Assembly: GCA_043736395.1 (NCBI GenBank)
Contig: JAYTCQ010000032.1
Coordinates: 1 to 63,134 of the forward strand
Reading direction: 5' to 3'
Source: Blastocatellia bacterium
GTDB lineage: Bacteria; Acidobacteriota; Blastocatellia; RBC074
Length of the DNA: 63,134 nucleotides
Below, piece after piece: positions 19,480-29,384 of the stretch (within the stretch, counting starts at the first letter, position 1; each line of letters opens with the position of its first letter). The notes beneath the pieces were generated by a model. The model saw only the letters and a list, made by a program, of their open reading frames with translations. It was not told the DNA's origin and searched no databases. Made by a program: the position numbers and the translations under genes.

Positions 19480-20121
19480 ATGCGCATTACTGAAATTTTT
19501 TATTCCATTCAGGGTGAGTCATCCTACGCTGGCTCGCCCTGTGTGTTTGTGCGGCTGACGTGGTGTAATTTACGTTGTACGTGGTGCGACAGCGAATACA
19601 CTTTCAAAGGCGGCGAAGAATTTTCAGTAGATGAAGTCCTCGAAAAAGTTCGTGAGTATGGCTGCAAATTAGTCGAAGTCACGGGCGGCGAACCGCTAGT
19701 TCAAAAGCGTGAATGCTGCGAATTAGTGACGAGGCTCTGCGACGAAGGCTTCACTGTTTTAGTCGAAACCGGAGGCGGATTAGACGCGACAGTTTTAGAT
19801 CAGAGAGCCATAAAAATCCTTGATGTAAAGTGTCCCGGCAGCGGAGAATCCGAACGTAATGTCTGGTTGAATGTGGAAAATCTGAATCCTCTTGATGAAA
19901 TAAAGTTTGTCATTCAGGATCGCGCCGATTTTGATTTTGCGCTGGGAGTGATTGAGAAATATTCGCTCGACAAACGCGCACCGCAAGTGTTGATGTCTCC
20001 GGTGTGGGGCGCGGTCGAATGGAAGGATTTAGCGGCGTGGATTTTAAGCGCAGGAGTTCGCGCCCGAATGCAATTGCAAATGCACAAGTTGATTTGGGGC
20101 GCGGATGTGATCGGCGTTTAG
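19480..20121 (+). CDS. queE: 7-carboxy-7-deazaguanine synthase (radical SAM)
   Basis: ITEIFYSIQGE, FVRLTWCNLRCTWCD (CxxxCxxC), VTGGEPL, VETGG, LQMHKLIW. Confidence 0.92.
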   Translation: MRITEIFYSIQGESSYAGSPCVFVRLTWCNLRCTWCDSEYTFKGGEEFSVDEVLEKVREYGCKLVEVTGGEPLVQKRECCELVTRLCDEGFTVLVETGGGLDATVLDQRAIKILDVKCPGSGESERNVWLNVENLNPLDEIKFVIQDRADFDFALGVIEKYSLDKRAPQVLMSPVWGAVEWKDLAAWILSAGVRARMQLQMHKLIWGADVIGV

Positions 20122-20163
20122 CAAACGTTCAGAGTAACGACTTTAGTCGGCTTTCTTATCCCT

Positions 20164-20718
20164 ATGACACATTTGAACATGGAGCAACTTGAAGCGAAAT
20201 TAGATGAGATTCGACAGTCTCCTAAGGATGCTGGTGTGCTGGAATTAATCGTTCGTCGTCCACGACCAAAACAGCGAGAGGTCTTGCTTGAAGGTGAATT
20301 AAATTTGCTCGAAGGGCTCGCCGGAGATAATTGGAGATTTCGAAAAAACTTTCGTTCGGCAGCTGGCATACCCGATCCTGAAATGCAGCTTAACATCACG
20401 AATTCCCGCGCCATCGCGCTGGTCGCTCAGGAAAAAGAGCGTTGGCAATTAGCCGGAGATCAGCTTTTTATTGACCTTGATTTAAGTACCGAAAATTTGC
20501 CTCCCGGCACGCAATTCATACTCGGCTCGGCAATCATTGAAGTCACGGCTGTTCCTCATACCGGCTGTAAAAAATTTGTCGAACGCTTCGGATTAGACGC
20601 AATGAAATTCGTGAATTCAAACGTTGGAAGGCAGCTTAATTTGCGCGGCATTAATGCAAAAGTAATTCAAGCCGGCGTGATTCGGGTTGGTGATGTAGCG
20701 AAAAAAGTAATTTCATAG
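20164..20718 (+). CDS. MOSC domain protein
   Basis: GLAGDNW, LAGDQLFIDLDLS..NLPPG..LGSAIIEVTAVPHTGCKKF, RGINAKVIQAGVIRVGD. Confidence 0.88.
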   Translation: MTHLNMEQLEAKLDEIRQSPKDAGVLELIVRRPRPKQREVLLEGELNLLEGLAGDNWRFRKNFRSAAGIPDPEMQLNITNSRAIALVAQEKERWQLAGDQLFIDLDLSTENLPPGTQFILGSAIIEVTAVPHTGCKKFVERFGLDAMKFVNSNVGRQLNLRGINAKVIQAGVIRVGDVAKKVIS

Positions 20719-20791
20719 TGATTGAATGAAATACTTGTTTTTATTTATTATCGTTGTAAATTTTATTAGTGTCAGGTACTGACACCTACTT

Positions 20792-21454
20792 ATGCTTTCA
20801 ATCGTATTAGCCAGTGGCGGCATGGACAGTTGTGTGACGGCTGCGATTGCTGCTAATGAATCAGATAAAATTGCGATGTTGCACGTTAGCTACGGGCAGC
20901 GTACGCAGGCGCGGGAGCTTCAAGCTTTTAACGACATCGCGGATTTTTACGGTGTCGAGCAACGATTCATTTCGAGCATCGCGCATCTCACGCAAATCGG
21001 TGGTTCTTCGCTGACGGATAAAAATATTGAAGTCAGTGTTGCGAATCTTGAATCCAAAGAAATCCCGACTTCGTATGTGCCTTTTCGCAATGCCCATTTT
21101 CTTTCGATTGCCACCAGTTGGGCGGAAGTGATTGGAGCCGAACGGATTTATATCGGAGCCGTCGCCGAAGACAGTTCCGGCTATCCTGATTGCCGACCGG
21201 AATATTACGAAGCTTTCAATCGTTTGATTGAGGTCGGAACGAAGCCGGAAACGAAGATTAAAATTACGACCCCAATTATCCGGATGAAAAAAAGCGAAAT
21301 CATTCAGCGCGGTCTTGAGTTGCAGGCTCCCCTGCATTTATCTTGGTCGTGCTATCAGGCGCAGGAAAAGGCCTGCGGTAAATGTGACAGTTGTGCGCTA
21401 CGGTTGCGGGGTTTTAAATTGGCAGGAATCACTGATCCGATTCCATACATTTGA
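20792..21454 (+). CDS. queC: 7-cyano-7-deazaguanine synthase
   Basis: SGGMDS PP-loop, [19 protein letters not shown]...[10 protein letters not shown]. Confidence 0.95.
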   Translation: MLSIVLASGGMDSCVTAAIAANESDKIAMLHVSYGQRTQARELQAFNDIADFYGVEQRFISSIAHLTQIGGSSLTDKNIEVSVANLESKEIPTSYVPFRNAHFLSIATSWAEVIGAERIYIGAVAEDSSGYPDCRPEYYEAFNRLIEVGTKPETKIKITTPIIRMKKSEIIQRGLELQAPLHLSWSCYQAQEKACGKCDSCALRLRGFKLAGITDPIPYI

Positions 21455-21609
21455 AATATCCTTTCTGTCTGCATTACAATTACTTTCCCAATACGCAACC
21501 ATTTTATATTCGGTACACATCCAAGCATTCGCATTCGGGAAAAGCAGAAATGTTGAGTGCCGTGCAATTTTGAGTAATACATTTTCGACCACCTTACGGA
21601 GGACACTAT

Positions 21610-22899
21610 ATGAAGATCAAATCACTACTGACCACTGTTGCGTTATTAGCAATTATGTCACTGAGCGCGCTGGCACAAGTCGGACGCATGGAAGGCGAAG
21701 TCCTATCTGCTGCTGATAATACGCCCATCGTCGGAGCTGATGTCCAGATTCATCGTAACGACATTAAATGGAGTGCGAATCTGAAAACTGACAAAAAGGG
21801 TAAGTTTATCCATGCTGGTGTTCAGTATGGCGGAACCTATACGATCATTGTCGGGGCTGATGGTTTTCGTGCGGATGCCTCGTTCGGGCACAAGCCTGAC
21901 CAACCAATTCCGCCTTATAAACTGGCGGTTGGTGATGGCAAGCGTTTGACGATTGAAGAAGTCAAAGCTGGAATGAAAACTGGTGGAGGCGGCGCAACTG
22001 CCGCTGCCGCCGCTCCAACAGCGGCAGCCTCGAAAAAAGCCGAAGAAGAATATAAAAAGAAACTGGCTGAAATCGAAAATAAAAATAAAAAGATCGAAGG
22101 CGATAACAAAGCGATGCAGGACGCTTTAGCCGCTGGCAAGACTCTTTTTAATAACAAAGATTATGCTGGGGCATTAGCGGAGTTTGATAAAGGTATCGCT
22201 CTTGATGCTGAACAGAATGTGTTCTGGTACTTCAAAGGTTTATCGCTTTACAATCGCGGAGTGACGCTTTTGAACGAAAGTTTGAAAGACCCTGCGAAGC
22301 GTGACCCGGCGAAGTCTGATTTCACGGAAGCTGTGTCGGCAGCTACGAAATCATTAACTTTGCTTGATGCTGCGGTCACTGCTGCTGGGCCGGCAGACTC
22401 CACAAAGGCTGCCGGGAATAAAGCGAACAAAGTTGCTTACTTGAAAGTCAAAGCTGATTCTGCGGCATTACTGGGAGAACGATTTAGTGATCAGGCGATG
22501 GCTGAAGTTGCAAATAAAGATTATGAGATGATGGCAGCAATGACCGATGATCTTGAACAGAAAAAGAAAATTCTATTCAAGGGAGCGGAAGCTCTCCGCA
22601 ATTCAGGGGCTTTGCTGCCTGCGCAAAATGCGTATAAAGCAATTATTGCCTTAGACCCAAATTACGCCGAAGCTTATTATGGAATGGGATTGTCATTCTT
22701 TGGGGATGAAAAAACATTCCAGGATGGAGCGAACTACCTTCAATTCTTTATTGATAAAGCTGCTCCGACTGATCCACGTGTAACCGAGGCGAAAGGCGCT
22801 ATTACCCAGATGAATCTCAAGCCATCGAAGGATGCGCTGAATGCTTTGAAGAAAGATGCTGGTGCAAAACCTGCCGCAACTGGCAAAAAGAAAAATTAG
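21610..22899 (+). CDS. Exported carboxypeptidase-regulatory-like domain + TPR protein
   Basis: Signal peptide; GRMEGEV...LKTDKKGKFIHAGV..GGTYTI; TPR-like helices (YKAIIALDPNYAEAYYGMG). Confidence 0.8.
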   Translation: MKIKSLLTTVALLAIMSLSALAQVGRMEGEVLSAADNTPIVGADVQIHRNDIKWSANLKTDKKGKFIHAGVQYGGTYTIIVGADGFRADASFGHKPDQPIPPYKLAVGDGKRLTIEEVKAGMKTGGGGATAAAAAPTAAASKKAEEEYKKKLAEIENKNKKIEGDNKAMQDALAAGKTLFNNKDYAGALAEFDKGIALDAEQNVFWYFKGLSLYNRGVTLLNESLKDPAKRDPAKSDFTEAVSAATKSLTLLDAAVTAAGPADSTKAAGNKANKVAYLKVKADSAALLGERFSDQAMAEVANKDYEMMAAMTDDLEQKKKILFKGAEALRNSGALLPAQNAYKAIIALDPNYAEAYYGMGLSFFGDEKTFQDGANYLQFFIDKAAPTDPRVTEAKGAITQMNLKPSKDALNALKKDAGAKPAATGKKKN

Positions 22900-22922
22900 G
22901 TTGTATTAAAAATATTAAAGAA

Positions 22923-22967
22923 GCGGAGGCAAATGGGTGTAGTACATTTCGCCTCCGCGCTTTTTTT
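22923..22967 (+). terminator. Intrinsic terminator
   Basis: GCGGAGGC...AAATG / CATTT...GCCTCCGC hairpin followed by TTTTTTT. Confidence 0.65.
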
Positions 22968-23074
22968 GGCATAATGAACATGTTCTTTTGCCGTCGGTGA
23001 GGTTTAGGTAAATTCAGGTGCTGGCAATTATCCCCCAACGAAAAAGGATTAATATGTGCGCCCACTTTCCCCAA

Positions 23075-24106
23075 ATGCAGAGACTTCTTTCATACTCTCT
23101 TATTTTATTATTTGTGATAAATGGCTTTGCCGCAGATAAGAAAAAAACTGCTGCTCCTGAATCAAAAGGCAAAGATAAAACTTCGGTTAAGTCCAACAAA
23201 AAACAGCAAGCGAAGAACGCTAACGATAAAAAAATCGATTCAAAAAAAGAAAAATCCGATACGTCTAAATCGCAAACTGTTAAGAATAAAAAAGACGATC
23301 ATCCCGCTCAATCTCTCAAATCAAAATCCGATTTAATTTCTGAACGATCAAAGACAAAATCTCAGAAAAAAGATCAGCTAGCTCTTAAAACTTCTTCACG
23401 TCAGTCAGAATCAAAATTGAAACAAGACAAAGTTGAAGTAACTTCAAAAAATGAAAAAGTTGAAAAGAAAAATGTCCGCGAAGAAAAAATTAAAGAAAAA
23501 TCTAAAGAGGTAGCTGCTTCGGTTGAGAAAAAAGTGAAGCCTCTCAAAATTGAGAAACCTGAGATTGCAAAACTGGTCAAGAAATCGCAACCAATTGTTT
23601 TTGATGATTTGGTTCACGAAAGCGCAGCGATTAAGGAGCTTCCTCGGGCAGACAAGTTTCAATTCCGTCCCGTAGTGAAAGTTTCTCCGAAGGTGCAATT
23701 AAACTTTGGTATCTCTAATGCTCTGGCAGCGGCGGCTTATGAACCTCCGCCCCCTGTCACGCAGGTTGATATTATTGAGGTTTATGAAAGCGGATCAGCA
23801 GAAACGCAAGTGCTTGAAGAAATTCGTCGTCAGGAAATTGCCAGACTCAGCACAAATCCTATTCCCAACGTTTCGAATAAGAAAATTGACTTGAAGAAAA
23901 TGGATCAGGAGCGCATCACGCAGATTCAGGAAGCTTTATTTAAACGTGGATATTTTGCAGGAGCGGCGACCGGCACTTATGATGACTTAACAGTCCAGGC
24001 AATGCGCAAGTTTCAGGAGGTTCATCGTGTAGACGTAACTGGATACCCGACAGCACAGTCCTTAAAATTATTAGGATTAGTAGATTACGAGCCTAGATTC
24101 GAATAA
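23075..24106 (+). CDS. Exported Lys-rich protein with C-terminal peptidoglycan-binding domain
   Basis: Signal peptide from ATG 23075, long K/S/E-rich disordered tract, ITQIQEALFKRGYFAGAATGTYDDLTVQAMRKFQ...VTG PG_binding_1-like end. Confidence 0.78.
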   Translation: MQRLLSYSLILLFVINGFAADKKKTAAPESKGKDKTSVKSNKKQQAKNANDKKIDSKKEKSDTSKSQTVKNKKDDHPAQSLKSKSDLISERSKTKSQKKDQLALKTSSRQSESKLKQDKVEVTSKNEKVEKKNVREEKIKEKSKEVAASVEKKVKPLKIEKPEIAKLVKKSQPIVFDDLVHESAAIKELPRADKFQFRPVVKVSPKVQLNFGISNALAAAAYEPPPPVTQVDIIEVYESGSAETQVLEEIRRQEIARLSTNPIPNVSNKKIDLKKMDQERITQIQEALFKRGYFAGAATGTYDDLTVQAMRKFQEVHRVDVTGYPTAQSLKLLGLVDYEPRFE

Positions 24107-24113
24107 GAATTAT

Positions 24114-25103
24114 TTACGGAGTTGCGTAATAACCTTCTTTTGACCGAACATTTAATTTCGGCAAACCGCGTGGCGGCATTACTTTGACGCTGATTTTACG
24201 CCATTTACCATCATTCTTTTCGTTACTTGGTAAATAACCGATGCTATATTGATGACGAAGTTCGAGCGCGATACGAGTTGTCGCATCTTCTAACTCTGCC
24301 GCTGAACGAGGGAAAAATGCTTTACCTCCGGTTGTTTGCGAGACTTCTTCAAGAATCCCCTGGCCCTGCATGTCGAGTGAGCCACCTGACCCTCCACCCA
24401 TCTCAACAATTCCAATACTATAAATTTGAACGTTAGCTTCTTTCAGTAACTTGCGAAGCTCGCCATATGTATAACGAGAAGAATTATCCTGACCATCAGA
24501 GATCAAAAGAATAGCGCGTTTTTTGTGCCGACCTTGTTTTACTTTTTCAATCCCTAGATAAGCCGCATCATACAGCGCGGTCTGTCCTTTAGGATCAATC
24601 AGTGTCAGTTTATTTGTTAATCCCTCACTATCAGTAAATTCAGCAATTAAATTCGCTCTTTGATTAAAGCCAACTAAAAAGAAATCATCCTGATCGTGAC
24701 AAGTTTGGACAAAGGCCTTCAGAGCCTCGCGCGCACGATCCAGTTTGCCTTTCATACTGCCGGAAACATCGAAAATAATCCCGACACTGACAGGTACATC
24801 TTCATCGCGGAAGAATTCAATATTCTGTTTAACTTTATCTTCAAAAACTTCGAAATGCTGTCGGTCTAATCCCGTTACCAGCCGATTATAAGGATCGGTC
24901 ACAGTCACGGAGAGCGTTACGACTTCAGTTTTGAATTTAATGGATGGCCCGTCCTGATTATTTTCTATCGGAACGGATGTTGGCTTCACCTGAGGCGCAG
25001 ACTCTGGCTTAGTCTGTTGAGGATTGACCTGTGCCAGAACATAAAATCCTAAAAAAGCTGATACCGCCAAGCAAAAGAATAAGAATGAAAAAATCCTCTG
25101 TAG
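24114..25103 (-). CDS. VWA domain protein (acidobacterial VWFA-related family)
   Basis: VTVTDPYNRLVTGL....FEVFED, GIIFDVSGSM (MIDAS), TALYDA, LLISDGQDNSS, ELRHQYSIGY.P..DGKWRKISV; start uncertain (25103 or 25118). Confidence 0.9.
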   Translation of the reverse strand, partial: LQRIFSFLFFCLAVSAFLGFYVLAQVNPQQTKPESAPQVKPTSVPIENNQDGPSIKFKTEVVTLSVTVTDPYNRLVTGLDRQHFEVFEDKVKQNIEFFRDEDVPVSVGIIFDVSGSMKGKLDRAREALKAFVQTCHDQDDFFLVGFNQRANLIAEFTDSEGLTNKLTLIDPKGQTALYDAAYLGIEKVKQGRHKKRAILLISDGQDNSSRYTYGELRKLLKEANVQIYSIGIVEMGGGSGGSLDMQGQGILEEVSQTTGGKAFFPRSAAELEDATTRIALELRHQYSIGYLPSNEKNDGKWRKISVKVMPPRGLPKLNVRSKEGYYATP

Positions 25104-25383
25104 CATACAGACCCCCAAAAAAGCTAGTGCTTAAAAGCAAATCATCAAATACAAATTCAGGGAAGAGGTCGGAGCAGTTAAGACCTTAGCAACTGATAGC
25201 AAAATTATAACATATATTGTTCAGGATAGAACGCAAGAATATGTAAAGAATTGCCAGAGCGAAGATGAATGGTTGCAATTTAATCAGTTTTAAGATAGTT
25301 ACTATGCGCCCTGAATTTATTTACCCTGCACTGATTTTGAAATTATTTCTTTCCACCTTCCCCGAAGGACTCACAAATTAATT

Positions 25384-25734
25384 ATGAATATGGAGACGAC
25401 TGAAAGAAGAGGCGAGCAACGCGTTCAATTAGATATTCCTGCCAAAATTCGCTGGAAAGATTCACTCGGCGGTGTCATCGAACGCGACGCCCGTCTGTGG
25501 AATTTAAGTGGTGGTGGCGCTTATGTCCTGACTGATGATCTATTGATCGTGGATCAATCGGTGGAACTGATTGTGATTCTGGAAAGTAATGATCCTTATA
25601 AAGGCGTGGCGACGTATTTTCGTGGGAGAATTGTACGGACTGAAAGTGTACAGCATTCTGAAGGGAATACTGGCGCTGCAATTGCTTTTGAGCGTCGAGC
25701 CAGCGCGAATCATCAACCTGCGATGTCGGTTTAA
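25384..25734 (+). CDS. PilZ domain protein
   Basis: ERRGEQR (RxxxR) and NLSGGG (D/NxSxxG) c-di-GMP-binding motifs. Confidence 0.8.
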   Translation: MNMETTERRGEQRVQLDIPAKIRWKDSLGGVIERDARLWNLSGGGAYVLTDDLLIVDQSVELIVILESNDPYKGVATYFRGRIVRTESVQHSEGNTGAAIAFERRASANHQPAMSV

Positions 25735-26733
25735 TTATCCGACAGGCTGCCATTTGGGTTGATTGCCTTCCGCTAACTGTTTTAACTGCCCCAGCGTATC
25801 AGAAACTACTATCTGACCGTTATCATCGTAGACCAACAGCGACCGCTCGCTATTCCATTCCTGAGATAAATTTGCAATCGGAGCAATCGCCAATTGTAAT
25901 TGCGCTCCGCCCCACGCGTCTACCAGATACATTCTTCCTGAACACATTCCGTACTCAGAACAAGTCTGCGCCGGAACAAACACAACGCGCTTACCATCTG
26001 GTGACCAGGTGGCTTCAATAATTCTCTTGCCACCATCAGGCATCGCATTGCTCTCAAAGCCATCTAAAATGTCTAAATCTGTCACCCGACGGCGAATCCC
26101 GGTTTCAATATCAGAAATATAAAGTTGAATGTTTTTGTCAGTTGCTTCCGCAAACAAAACATAGCGACCATCAGGTGAAACAGAGAGGTCTCCGGCATTA
26201 CGAACGATAGTTGCCTGCGTTGAGGCTAGGGCGTGATATTCATCTACGCTCAGCTCCCGCGCCTGCATCGGATTAAGCGCGACCGCAAATACTTTTGGAA
26301 CGGTATTCAAAGCGTCATTCGTGTCAATCGTTTGTGCGAGCAACGTCACGCCATCGTTGGAAAGTTCGAGACGATCCAGGGCCAGTCCTTCCGGTAACTC
26401 CAGTTTGCCGTAAGCCACTACTTTTTGTTCTTTTAAGTTGTAGGATTGTAACGAATTGCCCAGATTAAAATAAATTTTAGAGCCGTCTTTAGACCAAATT
26501 TGATTTCCAATCGTGACTTCTTCCGGGGCAGGAACTACCAGACGATCTTCGGTGCCGTCCTCATTCACCAGCCAGAGCGCACCTTCTTTAACATAAGAGA
26601 TTATTTGTTTCGGCTTAGCAGTTGGCGTTGGAAGTGGTGAAGTAATCGGAGAAGTTTTCTGTGCCCACAGATGGACGCTTAAAAAAACGATAGTTGATGA
26701 TAACAATACAGCAGTAGCGATTTTCTTCCAATT
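25735..26733 (-). CDS. TolB-like/PD40 beta-propeller exported protein
   Basis: Signal peptide, WSKDGSKIYF, LSVSPDGRYVLF, WSPDGKRVVF, terminal PKWQP; start probably ATG 26733 (track starts 26766). Confidence 0.8.
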   Translation of the reverse strand, partial: NWKKIATAVLLSSTIVFLSVHLWAQKTSPITSPLPTPTAKPKQIISYVKEGALWLVNEDGTEDRLVVPAPEEVTIGNQIWSKDGSKIYFNLGNSLQSYNLKEQKVVAYGKLELPEGLALDRLELSNDGVTLLAQTIDTNDALNTVPKVFAVALNPMQARELSVDEYHALASTQATIVRNAGDLSVSPDGRYVLFAEATDKNIQLYISDIETGIRRRVTDLDILDGFESNAMPDGGKRIIEATWSPDGKRVVFVPAQTCSEYGMCSGRMYLVDAWGGAQLQLAIAPIANLSQEWNSERSLLVYDDNGQIVVSDTLGQLKQLAEGNQPKWQPVG

Positions 26734-26948
26734 CATAACAACTTTCAAATAAAACCCCAATTCCAATCCTGATAAATATAACGAATCTGGTTCGATACTT
26801 AATCAGGCATTTCCGTTGCCCCAAACTTAACTTGCTATCATCGTTGAGTACACGATAAAATTCAAGTTATGTTTTTGTGACTTTATACGGTAGAATACGA
26901 ACCTTCAGGTCATTTTGTTACATTTTTTTCACAAAGGAACTCGTTACT

Positions 26949-27536
26949 ATGAATCGAACAATGATGACAATCAGCGCTTTCGCTTTGTTTGCGCTAACGA
27001 TTATGGGGATGTCCTGCGCCACATCCACGCAGGCTAATAAAGCGACAACCGAAGCTGCAGCCGCCGCTACGGTCGCTAATGATCCAGCTCAACATGCTGA
27101 TCATGCTGAAGACGATGGTGTCCCACGTATTGCTCCGGCAGATGCCGTAGCCTTGGTTAAAAGTGGCAAAGCTTTGGTCATCGACACGCGTGATGAAGCA
27201 AGTTTCACTGCGATGCACATCGCTGGCGCTATTAATGTGCCTTATAAAGAATTTGTAGATAAAACCAATAAAGCACTGCCAAAAGATAAAGAGTTAATTT
27301 TTTATTGTACCTGACCAAGCGAACACACAAGCGCCGGTTCGGCTGCTATTTTGATGAAAGACGGATATAAAAATGTTCACGCTCTGTTAGGTGGGTTGTA
27401 TGGCTACAAAGATGCCGGTGGAGAAGTTATCCAGGCTCCTGCGCCGCCCGCACCACCAGCCGCCAGCCCGAGCGCGGGGGCTGCACCTGCGCCTGAAGCA
27501 AAAGCTACAGACGCTGCGAAGCCAAAGAAACAGTAA
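26949..27536 (+). CDS. Rhodanese-like (lipo)protein with in-frame TGA (candidate selenocysteine, codon 122)
   Basis: VPRIAP...LVIDTRDEASFTAMHIAGAINVP...LIFYCT*PSEHTSAGSAAILMKDGYKNVHALLGG: the rhodanese fold continues across TGA 27312-27314, with a CxU arrangement in the active-site loop. Confidence 0.85.
27330..27347 (+). promoter_or_regulatory. Candidate bacterial SECIS hairpin
   Basis: AGC-GCCG-GTT-CGGC-T-GCT stem with bulged T; G first in loop, 23 nt after the TGA. Confidence 0.55.
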
Positions 27537-27559
27537 AATCGAAATAAGATTTGCTTATT

Positions 27560-27598
27560 AATAGTCTCAACGAAGAAAATTTCGTTGAGACTATTTTT
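27560..27598. terminator. Bidirectional terminator between convergent genes
   Basis: AATAGTCTCAACGAA / TTCGTTGAGACTATT followed by a T run. Confidence 0.75.
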
Positions 27599-28025
27599 AT
27601 TTTGGCTCTTTCAGTAAGTGATCCTTACGACAAGCTGCCAGCGGACGGGCATATGCGCTTTTAATTTCTATTACTTCGTGAGTCTTTCGATTCACTTTGA
27701 CTCGCAAGCAGGCACATCCATAACCGTAATTGACATTTGTTTTTATCCATTGTTTCGGCTTGAAGTCAGGCCAATCGCCATCAGCTTGATGGCCACCTTG
27801 CACTCCGATAATCCATTCTCCATCACGATCCTTGAGCCAGGCATTCGCGGGAGTAGGATTACTAAACCATCCGCAGCGTGTTTCAAATTCGCTCATCGCA
27901 GATTCAGAGGTACTGAACTGACCTGTCGAAAAAATTATTACGATGAAGAGCAAAAACTTGAACGTGCTGAAATGGAATTGCTTTTGTCGGGTTTTCATAT
28001 TTTTTCCAAATAAATCTTTGTCCAA
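27597..28025 (-). CDS. DUF4087-like exported protein
   Basis: ETRCGWFSNPTPANAWLKDRDGEWIIGVQGG...NYGYGCACL; start uncertain. Confidence 0.8.
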   Translation of the reverse strand: MDKDLFGKNMKTRQKQFHFSTFKFLLFIVIIFSTGQFSTSESAMSEFETRCGWFSNPTPANAWLKDRDGEWIIGVQGGHQADGDWPDFKPKQWIKTNVNYGYGCACLRVKVNRKTHEVIEIKSAYARPLAACRKDHLLKEPK

Positions 28026-28130
28026 GAGCTACATAAAGTTAGAATCCTCCGCTTCTCTCATTGCGGATGTGCGGTCGGGGAGAAAAGAAAAAGGACACCC
28101 AATAGATGTCCGTTTTCTTTTTCTAAATGT

Positions 28131-28218
28131 TGGTGCCGAGGGCGGGAATCGAACCCGCACGGAGACAAGCTCCAACGGATTTTAAGTCCGTTGCGTCTAC
28201 CAGTTCCGCCACCCCGGC
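28131..28218 (-). tRNA. tRNA-Leu(TAA)
   Basis: Reverse complement GCCGGGGTGGCGGAACTGGTAGACGCAACGGAC-TTAAAA-TCCGTTGGAGCTTGTCTCCGTGCGGGTTCGATTCCCGCCCTCGGCACCA: class II variable arm, TTCG T-loop, encoded CCA, anticodon TAA. Confidence 0.96.
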
Positions 28219-28266
28219 ACAGGCTGCAAAGTTTAAGCCTTCAACTCAAAGGTTGCAAGTGACGCT

Positions 28267-29364
28267 ATGAAAATTTTATCAGTTTTTGGAACCCGCCCCG
28301 AAGCTATCAAGATGGCTCCCGTTCTCACTGAACTAAATAAGTATCCTGAAATCACCTCAATCGTCTGTGTGACAGCGCAGCACCGCGAAATGCTGGATCA
28401 AGTCTTGGAACTTTTCGAGATCAAACCTGACTACGATTTGAGTATTATGAAGCCTAATCAATCGCTCAGCGAAATCACTGCGCGAGCCTTAACGAAATTG
28501 GATGAAGTCTTAACCAAAGAAAAACCGGATTGGGTGCTGGTGCAGGGCGATACGACGACAGCGATGGTCGGAGCGCTCGCTGCTTTTTACCACCAAATCA
28601 AAGTCGGACACGTCGAAGCGGGATTACGTTCCTTCGATAAATATCAGCCGTTCCCTGAAGAAATTAATCGAAAAATTGCGACGAGCATCAGCGACTTACA
28701 TTTCGCTCCAACGGAAGTTTCCAAACAAAACCTCATCCGCGAAGGTGTCAACGAAGCAAACATTTTAGTCACCGGAAATACCGTGATTGATGCGTTGTTG
28801 CTAGTTGCCGACAAATCGTACGATTGGGAATCTTCGCCGTTGTCAGCAATTCCGCGTAACAAAAAAATAATTCTGGTGACAGCCCATCGACGCGAAAACC
28901 ACGGCGAACCATTGCACAACATTTGTGCAGCCCTGCGCACACTCGCCGAACAATTTTCCGATGTGCAAATCGTCTACCCCGTACACCTAAATCCCAACGT
29001 CCAAAAAATCGTCCGCGCTACACTGGGCAATATTTCGAATGTCACATTACTCAAGCCGCTGAAATATTTACCGCTTGTCCATTTGATGAAGCAATCCTAT
29101 TTCGTCATCACCGATTCCGGCGGCATTCAAGAAGAAGCCCCAGGACTTGGCAAGCCTGTCTTAGTCCTGCGCGAAGTCACCGAACGCCCCGAAGGCGTCA
29201 CCGCCGGAACCGTCAAATTAGTCGGTACGGATACTGAAACAATTCTACGCGAAGCTACGAATTTGTTAACGAATGAAGCGGCATATCAATCAATGTCACA
29301 AGCGGTGAATCCGTATGGCGATGGTCAGGCGAGCGTCAGGATTGTTGAGCGATTGATGGTGTAA
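28267..29364 (+). CDS. wecB: UDP-N-acetylglucosamine 2-epimerase (non-hydrolysing)
   Basis: FGTRPEAIKMAP, VQGDTTT, HVEAGLRS, PFPEEINR, TDSGGIQEEAP, ERPEG, NPYGDG. Confidence 0.96.
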   Translation: MKILSVFGTRPEAIKMAPVLTELNKYPEITSIVCVTAQHREMLDQVLELFEIKPDYDLSIMKPNQSLSEITARALTKLDEVLTKEKPDWVLVQGDTTTAMVGALAAFYHQIKVGHVEAGLRSFDKYQPFPEEINRKIATSISDLHFAPTEVSKQNLIREGVNEANILVTGNTVIDALLLVADKSYDWESSPLSAIPRNKKIILVTAHRRENHGEPLHNICAALRTLAEQFSDVQIVYPVHLNPNVQKIVRATLGNISNVTLLKPLKYLPLVHLMKQSYFVITDSGGIQEEAPGLGKPVLVLREVTERPEGVTAGTVKLVGTDTETILREATNLLTNEAAYQSMSQAVNPYGDGQASVRIVERLMV

Positions 29365-29384
29365 ATAAAAACAGGAGTAATCTG

